DNA from: Alphaproteobacteria bacterium
GTDB taxonomy: Bacteria > Pseudomonadota > Alphaproteobacteria > TMED109
Reading direction: 5' to 3'
DNA: 64,000 bases
NCBI GenBank assembly: GCA_965221495.1
Contig: OZ244896.1
Coordinates: forward strand, 2,225,471 to 2,289,470
Shown: piece by piece, positions 1 to 9,478 of the stretch
Numbering within the stretch: position 1 is the stretch's first letter
Layout of the letters: the number at the start of each line of letters is the position of its first letter
Notes under the pieces: generated by a model
The model's input: the letters and a program-made list of their open reading frames with translations, nothing else
Databases searched by the model: none
What the model was told of the DNA's origin: nothing
Program-made: the position numbers and the translations under genes

Positions 1-645
1 GACGGCGCCGGGAGCGACACGCTTCAAATTGCCGGCGACACGACCTTTCGGACCGCGACGCACCGCATTCTGGGCGACCGGATCGAGGCCGGAAGCTACG
101 CCGCTGCTGCGGTCATCACCGGCGGGCGGCTGAAACTGCTGGGAGCCCCCACCGACACCATGGCCGCCACCGTCGATGTACTGCGAGCAGTGGGCGCGGA
201 GGTCACCGCCACGCCGGGCGGATTGACGGTGGCAGGCACAGGCACCCTTGCACCGGCCGACGTCGAGACCGGGGTTCATCCGGCATTCCCGACCGACATG
301 CAAGCCCAGCTGATGGCGGTGCTGACGCTCGCAGCCGGACGTTCACGGATCGTTGAAACCATCTTCGAGAACCGCTACATGCACGTGTCCGAGCTGGCAC
401 GGATGGGGGCCCGCATCACGGTGCGGGGGCGAATCGCCGACATCGTGGGCGTCCGCCGGCTGCGGGCGGCTCCCGTCATGGCCACCGACCTCCGCGCCTC
501 TCTGTCCCTGGTGGTTGCTGCCCTGGCTGCTGAAGGCGAAACCATGATTGGGCGCGTTTATCATCTGGACCGTGGCTACAGTCGCCTGGAAGCCAAGTTG
601 CGCGCGGTGGGGGCGGCCATCGAGCGGATAACGGAGGACGACTGA
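1..645 (+). CDS. murA: UDP-N-acetylglucosamine 1-carboxyvinyltransferase, C-terminal part (5' end lies outside the window)
   Basis: Frame 1 is open from nt 1. The translation ([17 protein letters not shown] ... [13 protein letters not shown] ... [15 protein letters not shown] ... [23 protein letters not shown] ... HLDRGY) matches the MurA C-terminal domain as I recall it. Confidence 0.9.
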   Translation, partial: DGAGSDTLQIAGDTTFRTATHRILGDRIEAGSYAAAAVITGGRLKLLGAPTDTMAATVDVLRAVGAEVTATPGGLTVAGTGTLAPADVETGVHPAFPTDMQAQLMAVLTLAAGRSRIVETIFENRYMHVSELARMGARITVRGRIADIVGVRRLRAAPVMATDLRASLSLVVAALAAEGETMIGRVYHLDRGYSRLEAKLRAVGAAIERITEDD

Positions 646-648
646 CAC

Positions 649-1098
649 GTGGCCGAGAAGCAAGCGGAAACAGTCGAGCTCCTGCGCCTTCGGGCCGCCG
701 ATGAGGCGTCGGTCGAGGTCCTGTCCGAGTGCCTCTTTGAGGCCGTGGTGCTACCGGCCGGCATGCAGTTCGATCGGACGGCAGGCCGCTTTGTCATGGC
801 GTTTGAACGGTTTACCTGGGAAGCATCCGGAGGGGACGACAGCCGTCTTTTGCAGGTGCCGTGCAGGCTGGTTGTCGACCATGTCACGCGCGTGGCCCAG
901 ACCGGGCTTGGCGCATCTGCCCGGGAACGCATCTTCAGCGTGTCCTCGCTGACGTACGAGGCGGGAACGCTCCTGGTCGTGTTGGCGGAAGGAGCGGCGA
1001 TCCGGCTTGACGTGGCCAAGATCGCGTGTCACCTCGAAGATCTCGGGCCGGGACGGCCACCGCCTGTCGTACCCGGGCACCGGCACGGTCTCGCATGA
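649..1098 (+). CDS. DUF2948-family protein (conserved alphaproteobacterial protein between murA and hisG)
   Basis: 149-aa ORF with a GTG start, tightly packed between murA and hisG (ATGA overlap with hisG). Family assignment comes from remembered synteny and sequence character. Confidence 0.7.
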   Translation: MAEKQAETVELLRLRAADEASVEVLSECLFEAVVLPAGMQFDRTAGRFVMAFERFTWEASGGDDSRLLQVPCRLVVDHVTRVAQTGLGASARERIFSVSSLTYEAGTLLVVLAEGAAIRLDVAKIACHLEDLGPGRPPPVVPGHRHGLA

Positions 1099-1769
1099 CC
1101 CGCGAACGCACCGACGAGATCGTGCTGGCGGTCCCGCGCGGTCGTATCGCAAGCGAAGCGGGCCCGTTGCTCGCCAGGGTCGGCATCACCCCCGAGCCCG
1201 AGTTCGCGGATCCCAAATCCCGGCGCCTGGCCTTCCGTACGAACGTGGACGGGCTCTCGCTGATCCGCGTCCGGAGCTTTGATGCAGCGACCTTTGTCGC
1301 GTTCGGCGGTGCCGACCTCGGCGTGGTCGGGTTCGACGTACTGCTCGAGTTCGACTACGACGATCTCTATCTCCCGATTGACCTCGGGATCGGGCGCTGC
1401 CGGTTGGCCGTGGCCGAACCCGCCGAACTCGCCTCCCAGGACGACCCCCACCGCTGGAGCCACGTCCGGATCGCGACCAAGTACCCGGCGACGACGCGCC
1501 GCCACTTCGCGGCCCGCGGCGTCCAGGCCGAGTGCGTCAAGCTCAACGGCGCGCTGGAGCTGGCCCCCAAGCTCGGCATCTGCCGCCGAATCGTGGACCT
1601 GGTCGATACGGGATCCACACTGCGGGCGAACGGACTGGTGGAAATGGAGACGATCGCGGACATCTCGTCGAGGCTGGCTGTCAACCGGACGGCCATGAAG
1701 CTGCGCCCGCGCTTGCTGAGCGCGCTTGTGGACCGGTTTCGGGCTGCGGTTGATGGCGCTGCGGATTGA
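1095..1769 (+). CDS. hisG: ATP phosphoribosyltransferase, short form
   Basis: MTRERTDEIVLAVPRGRI ... RIATKYP ... VDLVDTGSTLRANGL is typical HisG. The ATG at 1095 overlaps the upstream stop, so the longer ORF-track start at 1026 was not used. Confidence 0.92.
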   Translation: MTRERTDEIVLAVPRGRIASEAGPLLARVGITPEPEFADPKSRRLAFRTNVDGLSLIRVRSFDAATFVAFGGADLGVVGFDVLLEFDYDDLYLPIDLGIGRCRLAVAEPAELASQDDPHRWSHVRIATKYPATTRRHFAARGVQAECVKLNGALELAPKLGICRRIVDLVDTGSTLRANGLVEMETIADISSRLAVNRTAMKLRPRLLSALVDRFRAAVDGAAD

Positions 1770-3045
1770 CGCCCGCGGCGGCGAGTTTGACGCGGCCCTT
1801 GCGCCGCTCATGGCGGCGCGAAGTGCGAACGACGAGGCCGTGGCCAGCGCCGTCCGCGACATTATCGGCGCGGTCCGCGAACGCGGCGATGTGGCTGTCA
1901 TGGATTTCACGCGGCAATTCGACCGGTTCGCGATCGACGCCGAAGCGATTCGCGTCGGCCCCGATGCGCTCAAGACGGCCCGTGCCAACTGCGACCCGGA
2001 AGCCCTGCATGCGCTGACATTTGCCGCGGAACGGATTCGCGACTACCACGCCCGGCAGCTTCCCTCCGACATGTCCTATCGCGATGCCGAGGGGGTCACG
2101 CTTGGCGAAACGTGGACGCCGGTCAGGGCTGTAGGCCTGTATGTCCCGGGCGGCACGGCAAGTTATCCGAGTTCCGTGCTCATGAATGCCATTCCGGCCA
2201 AGGTCGCCGGCGTGCCGCGCCTGGCGGCGGTCATCCCCCACCCCGAGGGAGACGTGCAGCCTCTCGTGTTGGCTGCAGCCCAACTCGCGGGCATTGACGA
2301 GATCTACCGTGTCGGCGGCGCCCAGGCCGTGGCCGCCCTTGCCTACGGCACCGACGCGATCAAGCCCGTGGACAAGATCGTGGGGCCAGGCAACGCCTAC
2401 GTCGCCGAGGCCAAGCGCCAGGTATTCGGAACCGTCGGAATCGATCTGATCGCGGGTCCGAGCGAGATTCTGGTGGTAACCGACGCCGCCAGCGACCCGG
2501 ACTGGATCGCGCTGGATCTTCTGTCGCAGGCCGAGCACGACCCGGCCGCGCAAGCGGTGCTTGTCACGGACGACGAGGCGACCGCCACGGCCGTGGAGAG
2601 CGCGGTGGAACGGCGGCTGGCCGCGCTGCCGCGCCAGGCCATTGCGGGTGCGAGCTGGCGTGATTTCGGTGCGGTCGTCTTGGTGGCGTCGCTGGATGAC
2701 GCGCCCGCGGTGGTCAACCGCCTGGCACCTGAACATGTGGAACTCGCAATCGCCGATCCGGAAGCCATGCTGCCGCGGATTCAGACGGCGGGTGCAGTGT
2801 TTCTCGGCCGCTACACGCCCGAAGCCGTCGGCGATTACGTGGCCGGGCCCAGTCACGTCCTCCCGACTTCCCGCAGCGCGCGATTTTCTTCGGGGCTGAC
2901 GGTTCGCGACTTTATTCGCCGGACGTCCGTCGTTGGTTGCAGCGCCGACGGCCTCGCCGCCATCGGCCCCGCAGCGTCCGCACTGGCGGCGGCCGAGGGA
3001 CTGGACGCCCACCGCCTCTCCATCGATGTCCGACTCGGGCGCTGA
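1753..3045 (+). CDS. hisD: Histidinol dehydrogenase
   Basis: GLYVPGGTASYPSSVLMNAIPAKVAGV, IDLIAGPSEILV, SQAEHD and APEHVEL are HisD hallmarks. Start chosen at ATG 1753 (MALRIDARG). Confidence 0.95.
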   Translation: MALRIDARGGEFDAALAPLMAARSANDEAVASAVRDIIGAVRERGDVAVMDFTRQFDRFAIDAEAIRVGPDALKTARANCDPEALHALTFAAERIRDYHARQLPSDMSYRDAEGVTLGETWTPVRAVGLYVPGGTASYPSSVLMNAIPAKVAGVPRLAAVIPHPEGDVQPLVLAAAQLAGIDEIYRVGGAQAVAALAYGTDAIKPVDKIVGPGNAYVAEAKRQVFGTVGIDLIAGPSEILVVTDAASDPDWIALDLLSQAEHDPAAQAVLVTDDEATATAVESAVERRLAALPRQAIAGASWRDFGAVVLVASLDDAPAVVNRLAPEHVELAIADPEAMLPRIQTAGAVFLGRYTPEAVGDYVAGPSHVLPTSRSARFSSGLTVRDFIRRTSVVGCSADGLAAIGPAASALAAAEGLDAHRLSIDVRLGR

Positions 3046-3571
3046 AACCCAATGCCCGAACCGCCTCGTCGAGGTGGTACTGCAGGACACCGGGGGCGCG
3101 CAGGATCCCCCCGAGATCGCCCGCGAGCGGCAACTGGCGATCCAGAACTTGCTGGAATCCAACCGCTTCGCCCCGGTCGGTGCCGGACCCGGCCCGTATG
3201 CGGCCGTGGTGACACTTCAGGGTGAGCGGATGCTCTTCAACGTCAGCCCGCTGGAGACCGGGGCAAGCTCATTTCGGGTCGCCGTCCCGGTCGGCGATCT
3301 CACGCCGTTGGTGCGGGACTACCACGCCATTTGCCAGAGCTACTACCGTGCCCTGCAGCGTGCGTCGGTCACCAGGATTGAAGCCATCGACATGGGAAGA
3401 AGGGCCCTCCACGACGAGGGCGCGAGCCTGATGGCCGCGTGCCTGGAGGGCCGGGTGGGGACCGATTTCGACACCGCCCGCCGTCTCTTCACGCTTCTTG
3501 CCGTAATGCAGATGCGCAGCGACTCGCGGTTGGCGCCCGGCCGGCTATCGCCGGATCCGTCGACCCGCTAA
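3026..3571 (+). CDS. UPF0262-family protein
   Basis: 181-aa ORF starting MSDSGAE. The stretch RLVEVVLQD ... ERQLAIQNLLESNRF ... DYHAICQSYY resembles the UPF0262 family that follows hisD in alphaproteobacteria. Confidence 0.72.
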   Translation: MSDSGAETQCPNRLVEVVLQDTGGAQDPPEIARERQLAIQNLLESNRFAPVGAGPGPYAAVVTLQGERMLFNVSPLETGASSFRVAVPVGDLTPLVRDYHAICQSYYRALQRASVTRIEAIDMGRRALHDEGASLMAACLEGRVGTDFDTARRLFTLLAVMQMRSDSRLAPGRLSPDPSTR

Positions 3572-3728
3572 ACCCTTTCCCGCCACCTGCCGCGCGCCCG
3601 CCAGACCTTGAGATCGGCCCGCGGATCGGCGCGCCGGAGCCGAGCCAGCCATCACGGCACACCCGGTCAGCTTGACCGGAGGCGTCCCTCTCCCCATGGT
3701 ACGCTCCCCATTCAGCCAGGGAGGCACA

Positions 3729-3947
3729 ATGGAAAAAGAAGAATTCATGGAGTTTTTCGGAACGGTTACCGAGATCCTCCCCAACGCGATGTTCCGCGTC
3801 ACGCTCGATAACGAGCACAAGGTTCTGGCGCATACGTCCGGTCGGATGCGGAAGAATCGAATTCGCGTGCTGGCCGGCGACAAGGTCACGGTCGAGATGA
3901 CCCCCTACGATCTCACGAAGGGCCGGATTACGTACCGGCACAAGTAA
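3729..3947 (+). CDS. infA: Translation initiation factor IF-1
   Basis: 72 aa: [72 protein letters not shown]. Confidence 0.96.
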   Translation: MEKEEFMEFFGTVTEILPNAMFRVTLDNEHKVLAHTSGRMRKNRIRVLAGDKVTVEMTPYDLTKGRITYRHK

Positions 3948-4002
3948 GCCCGTCGTCAAGGCGCCTGCGCGCGGTCCGGGCCACCACGAGGCGGAAACGT
4001 TC

Positions 4003-4578
4003 TTGGCAGATTTCGTGCTTGCGTCGCGCTCGCCCGCGCGCGCGACGCTGCTTCAGCAGATCGGTCGTGCACCCGACGTGGTTGCTCCCGTGCACATCGA
4101 CGAAACACCCGCGGCCGGGGAGCCGCCAAAGGCCTACGCACTGCGCATGGCGCAGGACAAAATGCGCGCGGCGGCAGCGGCACATCCCGGCGCCTGGATT
4201 CTGGTGGGTGACACGGTCGTGGCCTGCGGGCGGCGAATTCTTGGCGCCACCGCCGATCTTGAGACAGCCCGCCGGCACCTCGGCATGCTTTCGGGGCGCA
4301 GCCACCGAGTCTGGGGCGCTGTCCGGGTCCGAACTCCCGGCGGCGGCGAGACCGGGCGGCTGGTCTGCACCCGGGTCTGCTTCCGGAGACTGGATACCAG
4401 CGAGATTGAGAACTACCTCGCCTCCAACGAATGGAAGAACAGGGCCGGGGCCTATGCCATCCAGGGTCGCGCTGCGATCTTCGTGCGCAGACTCAGCGGA
4501 TCGTTCGAAAACGTCGTGGGACTGCCGCTGACCGAGGCGGAGATGGTGCTTCGCGGGCTCGGAATGCCTCTCAGATGA
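4003..4578 (+). CDS. maf: Maf-like nucleoside triphosphate pyrophosphatase
   Basis: LASRSPAR..LL, GDTVV, AGAYAIQG and NVVGLP motifs. TTG start at 4003. Confidence 0.85.
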   Translation: MADFVLASRSPARATLLQQIGRAPDVVAPVHIDETPAAGEPPKAYALRMAQDKMRAAAAAHPGAWILVGDTVVACGRRILGATADLETARRHLGMLSGRSHRVWGAVRVRTPGGGETGRLVCTRVCFRRLDTSEIENYLASNEWKNRAGAYAIQGRAAIFVRRLSGSFENVVGLPLTEAEMVLRGLGMPLR

Positions 4579-4787
4579 CACCCCCTAAGGAAGATCACGT
4601 GGACGGGCACGTCCCGCCTGCGGCTGCTCAGGATCCACCCGCCCTGCGGGAAAGCTGCCCCGTATGCCGGAGGCCTCCCGTTGCGGAACACCACCCGTTT
4701 TGCAGCCTCCGCTGCCGGCAAGTCGACCTGTATCGATGGCTTGGGGGCGAATATGCCATCCCCGCCCAACCGGACGCCGACGACTGA
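4575..4787 (+). CDS. yacG: DNA gyrase inhibitor YacG (zinc finger)
   Basis: CPVCRRP...PFCSLRCRQVDLYRWL is the YacG zinc-ribbon pattern. The ATG overlaps the maf stop (ATGA). Confidence 0.8.
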   Translation: MTPPKEDHVDGHVPPAAAQDPPALRESCPVCRRPPVAEHHPFCSLRCRQVDLYRWLGGEYAIPAQPDADD

Positions 4788-4840
4788 CGGCCCCTGACGA
4801 TCTGGACAGCACCCCTGCTCATCCCGTATACGGGCGGCAC

Positions 4841-4916
4841 GCCCAGGTAGCTCAGTTGGTAGAGCACGCGACTGAAAATCGCGGTGTCGGTGGTTCAATT
4901 CCGCCCCTGGGCACCA
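4841..4916 (+). tRNA. tRNA-Phe (anticodon GAA), CCA encoded
   Basis: GCCCAGG/CCTGGGC acceptor stem, GCTC/GAGC D stem, CGCGA/TCGCG anticodon stem with loop CTGAAAA, GGTGG-TTCAATT-CCGCC T arm, then ACCA. Confidence 0.95.
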
Positions 4917-5428
4917 ACTTCTGTTCTTCGTAGATCCTTTGAAGTCCGGATCAATCATCCATTCATCTGGATGGTTGCATCGAACCGATCACCCATCGGC
5001 AGTACTCGCATCCAGGGATGGAGGCTTCGGGGCCGAGAAGGTTCGAATCCCCGCAAGGAGATGTCGGAGTTCAGGGGCGCACCCCCTTGGCGCCGATGAG
5101 CGCCCCATCCGGACTGGATGGCCCGCACGGGGCGTGCATCATTCTCGGCAAAGCGCCAACCAAACCCGCAGGACAGGCGAAGGCACGGGGCAGAAGCGGC
5201 GCGCGGCCGGTTGAAAGCGCTGATCGAGCAGGCCCCGGCCGGCCTGGTCGATTGCACCTTCCTTGTGCTCTCCGCGAACCAACCTGCCGCCCGCAGTGAT
5301 CTGGTCGCCGACACCAACAGCATCCCGTTTGGCGCTCCACTGTGACGGCGTCACTTAAATGACCCTTATCTGCAGTGTGATACAATGATGTGGACTTCAA
5401 TGCATGCGATATTTTGAAGGCAAACCCA

Positions 5429-5665
5429 ATGGCGCAACTAACTGTGCGAAAGATCAGTGACGAACTGGTCGGCGCGCTCAAACAGCGAGCGGCATCCAAC
5501 AGACGCTCCGCTGAGGCTGAGCATCGGGAAATACTTCGCGCAGCACTTCTTGGCAATGAAGCCGATTTTGCTGCAAGGGCGGCTGCACTGCGTCGTCGTT
5601 TGCGGTCATCGATTGACAGCACCGAAGTGATCCGTGCAGGCCGCGAGCGGGACGGAGCGGCGTGA
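5429..5665 (+). CDS. Type II antitoxin, FitA/VapB-like (ribbon-helix-helix)
   Basis: MAQLTVRKISDELVGALKQRAASNRRSAEAEHREILR is the classic RHH antitoxin N-terminus. The stop overlaps the start of the PIN gene, and local GC is lower. Confidence 0.7.
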   Translation: MAQLTVRKISDELVGALKQRAASNRRSAEAEHREILRAALLGNEADFAARAAALRRRLRSSIDSTEVIRAGRERDGAA

Positions 5666-6096
5666 CCGGCCGTGTCGTAGATGCGAGCGTGGTCGTGAAA
5701 TGGCTGGTGAGCGAGGACTATTCCGACGAAGCCGCCGGACTTCTGGATAGCAGCAAGACACTGGCCGCTCCCGCGCTGGTATTCGCCGAGGTCGCCCATG
5801 CCCTATGGGCCATGCGCCGGCGCGGTAACATCGGAATGGACGATCTGGGCATCGCCGCCGAAACCTTGCTGAAAGCGCCGCTTTCGATCCCGTTTACCAT
5901 GCCGCAACTCACCCCCGGGGCAGCACGTTTGGCGTTAGACCTCGATCACACGGTGTATGAATGCTTCTATCTGGCGCTCGCCATCCAGACACAATATCCG
6001 TTGGTGACCGCCGACCAACGTTTTCGCGACAAGGTGAACGGCCATCCCTATCTCTCGGGTCAGGTTGTGCATCTTTCTGAGGCCGCCTTGCACTGA
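5662..6096 (+). CDS. vapC: PIN-domain toxin (VapC family)
   Basis: 144 aa. It has an N-terminal VVDASVVVKWL (first acidic residue), AEVAHAL (Glu) and LVTADQRF (Asp). A GTGA overlap links it to the antitoxin gene. Confidence 0.8.
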   Translation: MTGRVVDASVVVKWLVSEDYSDEAAGLLDSSKTLAAPALVFAEVAHALWAMRRRGNIGMDDLGIAAETLLKAPLSIPFTMPQLTPGAARLALDLDHTVYECFYLALAIQTQYPLVTADQRFRDKVNGHPYLSGQVVHLSEAALH

Positions 6097-6708
6097 TCAG
6101 AGGCATAGCCGTCACCACCTCTTTGTTGTTCGGCACCCCTGCCTTCTGCGAGCGTGCCGGAGAAGGCATAGACCTCAGTTCGGAACTCCTGGCATCCAGT
6201 TGTGCTCGGGTGCGACCACCTGCCGACGAGCGGCCTGTCGCTCGCGAACTTTGCCGCCAACCGGTCCGACGCGGCGAATCAGGAGGGTCAGCCTTGGTGC
6301 ACTTGAACCCGGACCGCTGACTGATGCTCACCCATCCGACGTTGCCGTCGCGTGAGCTCGCGTGTCAGGTGTTGCTGCGCCTTTCCACATGAAGTACCAG
6401 CGCCATTCCACGTACGGGCGGATCGTGCTCACCCGGACGTCGCCGCCCAACTCGCGTGCCGTCGCGACCGCCCCGCACCGGAACCCGTCTTGGTTCCGGT
6501 CCCGCTGGAGCGAATGGGCTACCGGTTGGGCCGCGATTTCGGCCTTGCGCACAATGTGTCCTTCCCTGCCCGACCGAGGAAGCGGCCCGCACCACGGGGA
6601 TTGCAAGGTATTCCGTGAATGCAGGCGGATTTACGCTGGGCCCGTATAATCGGGGTGTAGTCGCTTGTCGACCGGTGTTTCCGGCAGATCCTTGAGCCTG
6701 GGAGTCCC

Positions 6709-7236
6709 ATGGCCATGCATTCGTCCCTGTTCCCGTCTCCCCGGCACGACCACGACGCATGTATCGCGGCCGGCCTTGCGCGGGCGGAAGAGATCTGCAG
6801 GGGCAGGAAGGAACAACTGACCGAGAACCGGCGACAGGTTCTGGAACTCCTTCTCTCGGAGCACCGTCTGGCCGGAGCCTACGACATCCTCAAGCGGTTC
6901 AAGTGGAAGGGTCGAAAGCCGGCGCCTGTGCAGATCTACCGGGCACTTTCCTTCCTTGAGACCATGGGTCTGGTGCACCGAATTGCCAGTCGAAACGCCT
7001 ACGTGGCCTGCAGCAACCAAAGCGAGGGGCACGGCACAGTATTGCTGGTGTGCTCCCAATGCGGCTTGGTTGCCGAACCCGGTGCAGCAGCAGTCCGTCG
7101 CACCGTGTCGCAACTGGCCGACACGTCAGGCTTTGAGGTCCAGACCCACACTCTAGAAGTGATCGGCCGGTGCCCCGACTGCGTTACCGAGGCCGACAAC
7201 CAGGCGGGGCAAAAGGGCGACGCCCGGCTGGAGTGA
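6709..7236 (+). CDS. zur: Fur-family regulator, most likely Zur (zinc uptake regulator)
   Basis: Winged-helix segment (RRQVLELLL ... AYDILK ... IYRALSFLETMGLVHRI) plus two CxxC pairs (CSQCG, CPDC). It sits next to zinc-uptake operons. Confidence 0.78.
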   Translation: MAMHSSLFPSPRHDHDACIAAGLARAEEICRGRKEQLTENRRQVLELLLSEHRLAGAYDILKRFKWKGRKPAPVQIYRALSFLETMGLVHRIASRNAYVACSNQSEGHGTVLLVCSQCGLVAEPGAAAVRRTVSQLADTSGFEVQTHTLEVIGRCPDCVTEADNQAGQKGDARLE

Positions 7237-7319
7237 GAGTGAGCGGGCCGTGATGGCACACCTGCATCGCCGTGCCAACGGCTGCCCACCCGAATGACCG
7301 GGCTGAGCAGTACCTCTGA

Positions 7320-7871
7320 TCAGTAGGGTTCGATGCGCATCGCCTGAATGCTGTACCCGGCATCACCGACCTCGTGGTTGTACGCCTGCGTGGTCATGAC
7401 CCCGGTGACCCAGATTGGCCTAAACGCCTCCGTCATCGGATACGCCTCATCGGTCGTCACGTGCACAATCTGGTTTGCAGGCGGTGGCGGCACGTGAATG
7501 CAGGCGCCGTAGTACGGGACAAGCAGAAACTCCGAAATCGCCAAGTGGTCGAAATCGAGCGGGACGATGTAGCCGGGAATGCGGATTCGCTCCCCGTCAA
7601 GCTCAGCGACGACCGGTGCGGAACGGGCGGATTCGCGGTAGGCCTCAAGCAGGGCCATGGCCTGGTCGCTGTCGTCGGACAGGTCCTGCAGCGCCTCGTC
7701 CTCAAATGCCTCGAAAACCGTGAGCGGATCCCAGCCAACAGGGATGAGGTCGTCCCAGTTGAGTTCGCGTGCCCCGTCCTGTGCCCCCCAGGCGAAGCTG
7801 GCCGAAGTTAGCAGGGCAACCGATACGGCTGCAGCCAGTGTCACGATGGTGCGTGATCGCCGTTCCGGCAT
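7320..7871 (-). CDS. DUF3299-family secreted protein (ZrgD-like position)
   Basis: 183 aa with a signal peptide (TIVTLAAAVSVALLTSASFAWG). IPGYIVPLD ... FLLVPYYGACIHVPPPPANQIV is the DUF3299 signature as I recall it. The ORF-track extension to 8297 overlaps the permease gene and was rejected. Confidence 0.75.
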   Translation of the reverse strand: MPERRSRTIVTLAAAVSVALLTSASFAWGAQDGARELNWDDLIPVGWDPLTVFEAFEDEALQDLSDDSDQAMALLEAYRESARSAPVVAELDGERIRIPGYIVPLDFDHLAISEFLLVPYYGACIHVPPPPANQIVHVTTDEAYPMTEAFRPIWVTGVMTTQAYNHEVGDAGYSIQAMRIEPY

Positions 7872-7873
7872 GG

Positions 7874-9133
7874 TCACATCCTCATTGAAAGGCCGTCGGC
7901 AAGCGACAGCCGATAGGCCCGAATTGCGGGAACGGCGCCGGCCGCGGTGCCAACCAGGACGACAGCCGCAATGATTCGCCATTCCATGGTTCCAAGTATG
8001 GCAAGCGGCAGGTCCAGACCAAATTCGCGGGCGACGATTGGCCGGCCGACCAGCAACGCAACGTAGAGCAGTGCCACTCCCGCAACCGCCCCGGACAGGG
8101 CAAGCACCAGGGCCTCGCTCATGAACAGCGCGAAGACGTGCAGGGGGCGCGCTCCGACCGACCGGAGCACTGCCATTTCCCGCCTCCTCGCTTCGAGACT
8201 CGAGAGGATGACGGTCAGCATTCCGAGGATTCCTGTCACCACGACCATGGCCGACACGAAGCGCAGCAGGTTCTCTGCGACCCGCATCATGTCCCAAAGT
8301 TCCTGCAGGGCCACCCCGGGAATAATGGCGAGAACCGGCTCTTCCCTGTAGTTGTTGATCCTTCTCTGGACGTCGAAGATGGCGATCTTGCTGTCGAGGC
8401 CTACGAGGAAGGCGGTGATGGATCGCGGGGTGAGGTCCATGCTGCGGGCCTGATCGGCCGTGATCTCCATTCCCGGCATCGGAACCCCGGCACCCCAGTC
8501 GATATGCATGGCAGTGAAGCCCTCGATGCTCACGTGGACCGTGCGGTCGACCGGCGTGCCGGTGGGAGCAAGGATTCCGGCCACGCGGAACGGCTTGTCG
8601 TCATGGTCCAGAAAGCTCACGGCGCCCGTACCGTGGGAGACGATGATCTCATCACCGAGCGCATAGCCGAGCCGTCGGGCGACCTCCGCCCCAACGACAG
8701 CATCGAAGACGTCCTCAAACGGCCCGCCGGCAGAGAACCGGAGCGACTGGGTCCGGGCGTACCGGTAGTGCGTGAAATACCCCGGCGACGTGCCCATGAC
8801 CCGAAAGCCGCGATGGGAGTCTCCAAGCAAGATCGGCACTGTCCAGCGGACCCGGGGGAAGCTCCCGATGTCCTGGTAGGTTTCCCACGAAATGTTGTTC
8901 GTGGCGTTCCCCACCCGGAAAACCGAGTAGAGAAGCAACTGTATCGCGCCACTGCGGGCCCCGACGATCAGATCGGTGCCGGAGATGGTATTGGCGAAGG
9001 CGCCCCGGGCGTCGCCGCGAACCTTCTCGACTCCCAGCAGCATGGCCACGCTGACCGCGATCGCAACGAGCGTTAATCCCGCTGTCAGCCGGCGGCTCAA
9101 CAGGCTGCGAATCGCAAGTCGGACAATCGCCAT
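7874..9133 (-). CDS. ABC transporter permease, FtsX/MacB-type (ZrgC-like)
   Basis: 419 aa. It has an N-terminal TM helix, a large periplasmic domain and a C-terminal FtsX-like 3-TM bundle (REMAVLRSVGARP...). Confidence 0.85.
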   Translation of the reverse strand: MAIVRLAIRSLLSRRLTAGLTLVAIAVSVAMLLGVEKVRGDARGAFANTISGTDLIVGARSGAIQLLLYSVFRVGNATNNISWETYQDIGSFPRVRWTVPILLGDSHRGFRVMGTSPGYFTHYRYARTQSLRFSAGGPFEDVFDAVVGAEVARRLGYALGDEIIVSHGTGAVSFLDHDDKPFRVAGILAPTGTPVDRTVHVSIEGFTAMHIDWGAGVPMPGMEITADQARSMDLTPRSITAFLVGLDSKIAIFDVQRRINNYREEPVLAIIPGVALQELWDMMRVAENLLRFVSAMVVVTGILGMLTVILSSLEARRREMAVLRSVGARPLHVFALFMSEALVLALSGAVAGVALLYVALLVGRPIVAREFGLDLPLAILGTMEWRIIAAVVLVGTAAGAVPAIRAYRLSLADGLSMRM

Positions 9134-9478
9134 GGGGCAGGTTAACCCGGCGAATTCATCGGTTCAGAGCCGGACCTGAAAGTTCGGACCCTAGGGTCGA
9201 CGCCCCCTTTGCGGAGGGCGGCCCCAGAGCCAAAGACACATCCAGCGCCACCTGAACGTGCCTCCAAGGGGCCTGGCGCGGATCTCTTCGCCAGTGGCAG
9301 GTCTGGTGCATGCATGGCCAGGATTCCGGTCCGGCTGGCGCCGATGGTAGTCCCTCGGCAAGGTCCCCGAGGCATGAACAGTGGAAACGCGTCAAGCCCG
9401 CGGTCGGGAACCCGCCCCACAGACGTTGGGGGGTCGCGATTCATCGCTCCCGGTTGCCGGATCGTCTCGCATGCCGGG

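Noticed and set aside
1029-3162. Long antisense or overlapping ORFs in the six-frame track (for example 1029-1988(-) and 1681-3162(-)). Similar cases occur at 17294-18280(+), 23344-24420(-), 24458-25723(-), 26430-27890(-), 30188-32008(-), 37739-39286(+), 39463-40602(+), 43981-45495(-), 48570-50207(+) and 56025-56987(-).
   Set aside because: They lie opposite or out of frame to genes with unmistakable conserved motifs. Their translations are Arg/Pro/Gly/Ala-rich with no motifs, which is the typical shadow-ORF pattern of a GC-rich genome.
5030-5060. GGTTCGAATCC, a T-loop-like string that suggested a second tRNA, a tRNA fragment or a tmRNA piece.
   Set aside because: The flanks give only 2 bp of T stem (GAAGG versus CCCCG). 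There is no acceptor stem or CCA, and no tag-peptide-like reading frame (no ANDN-type codons) nearby. At best it is a decayed fragment.
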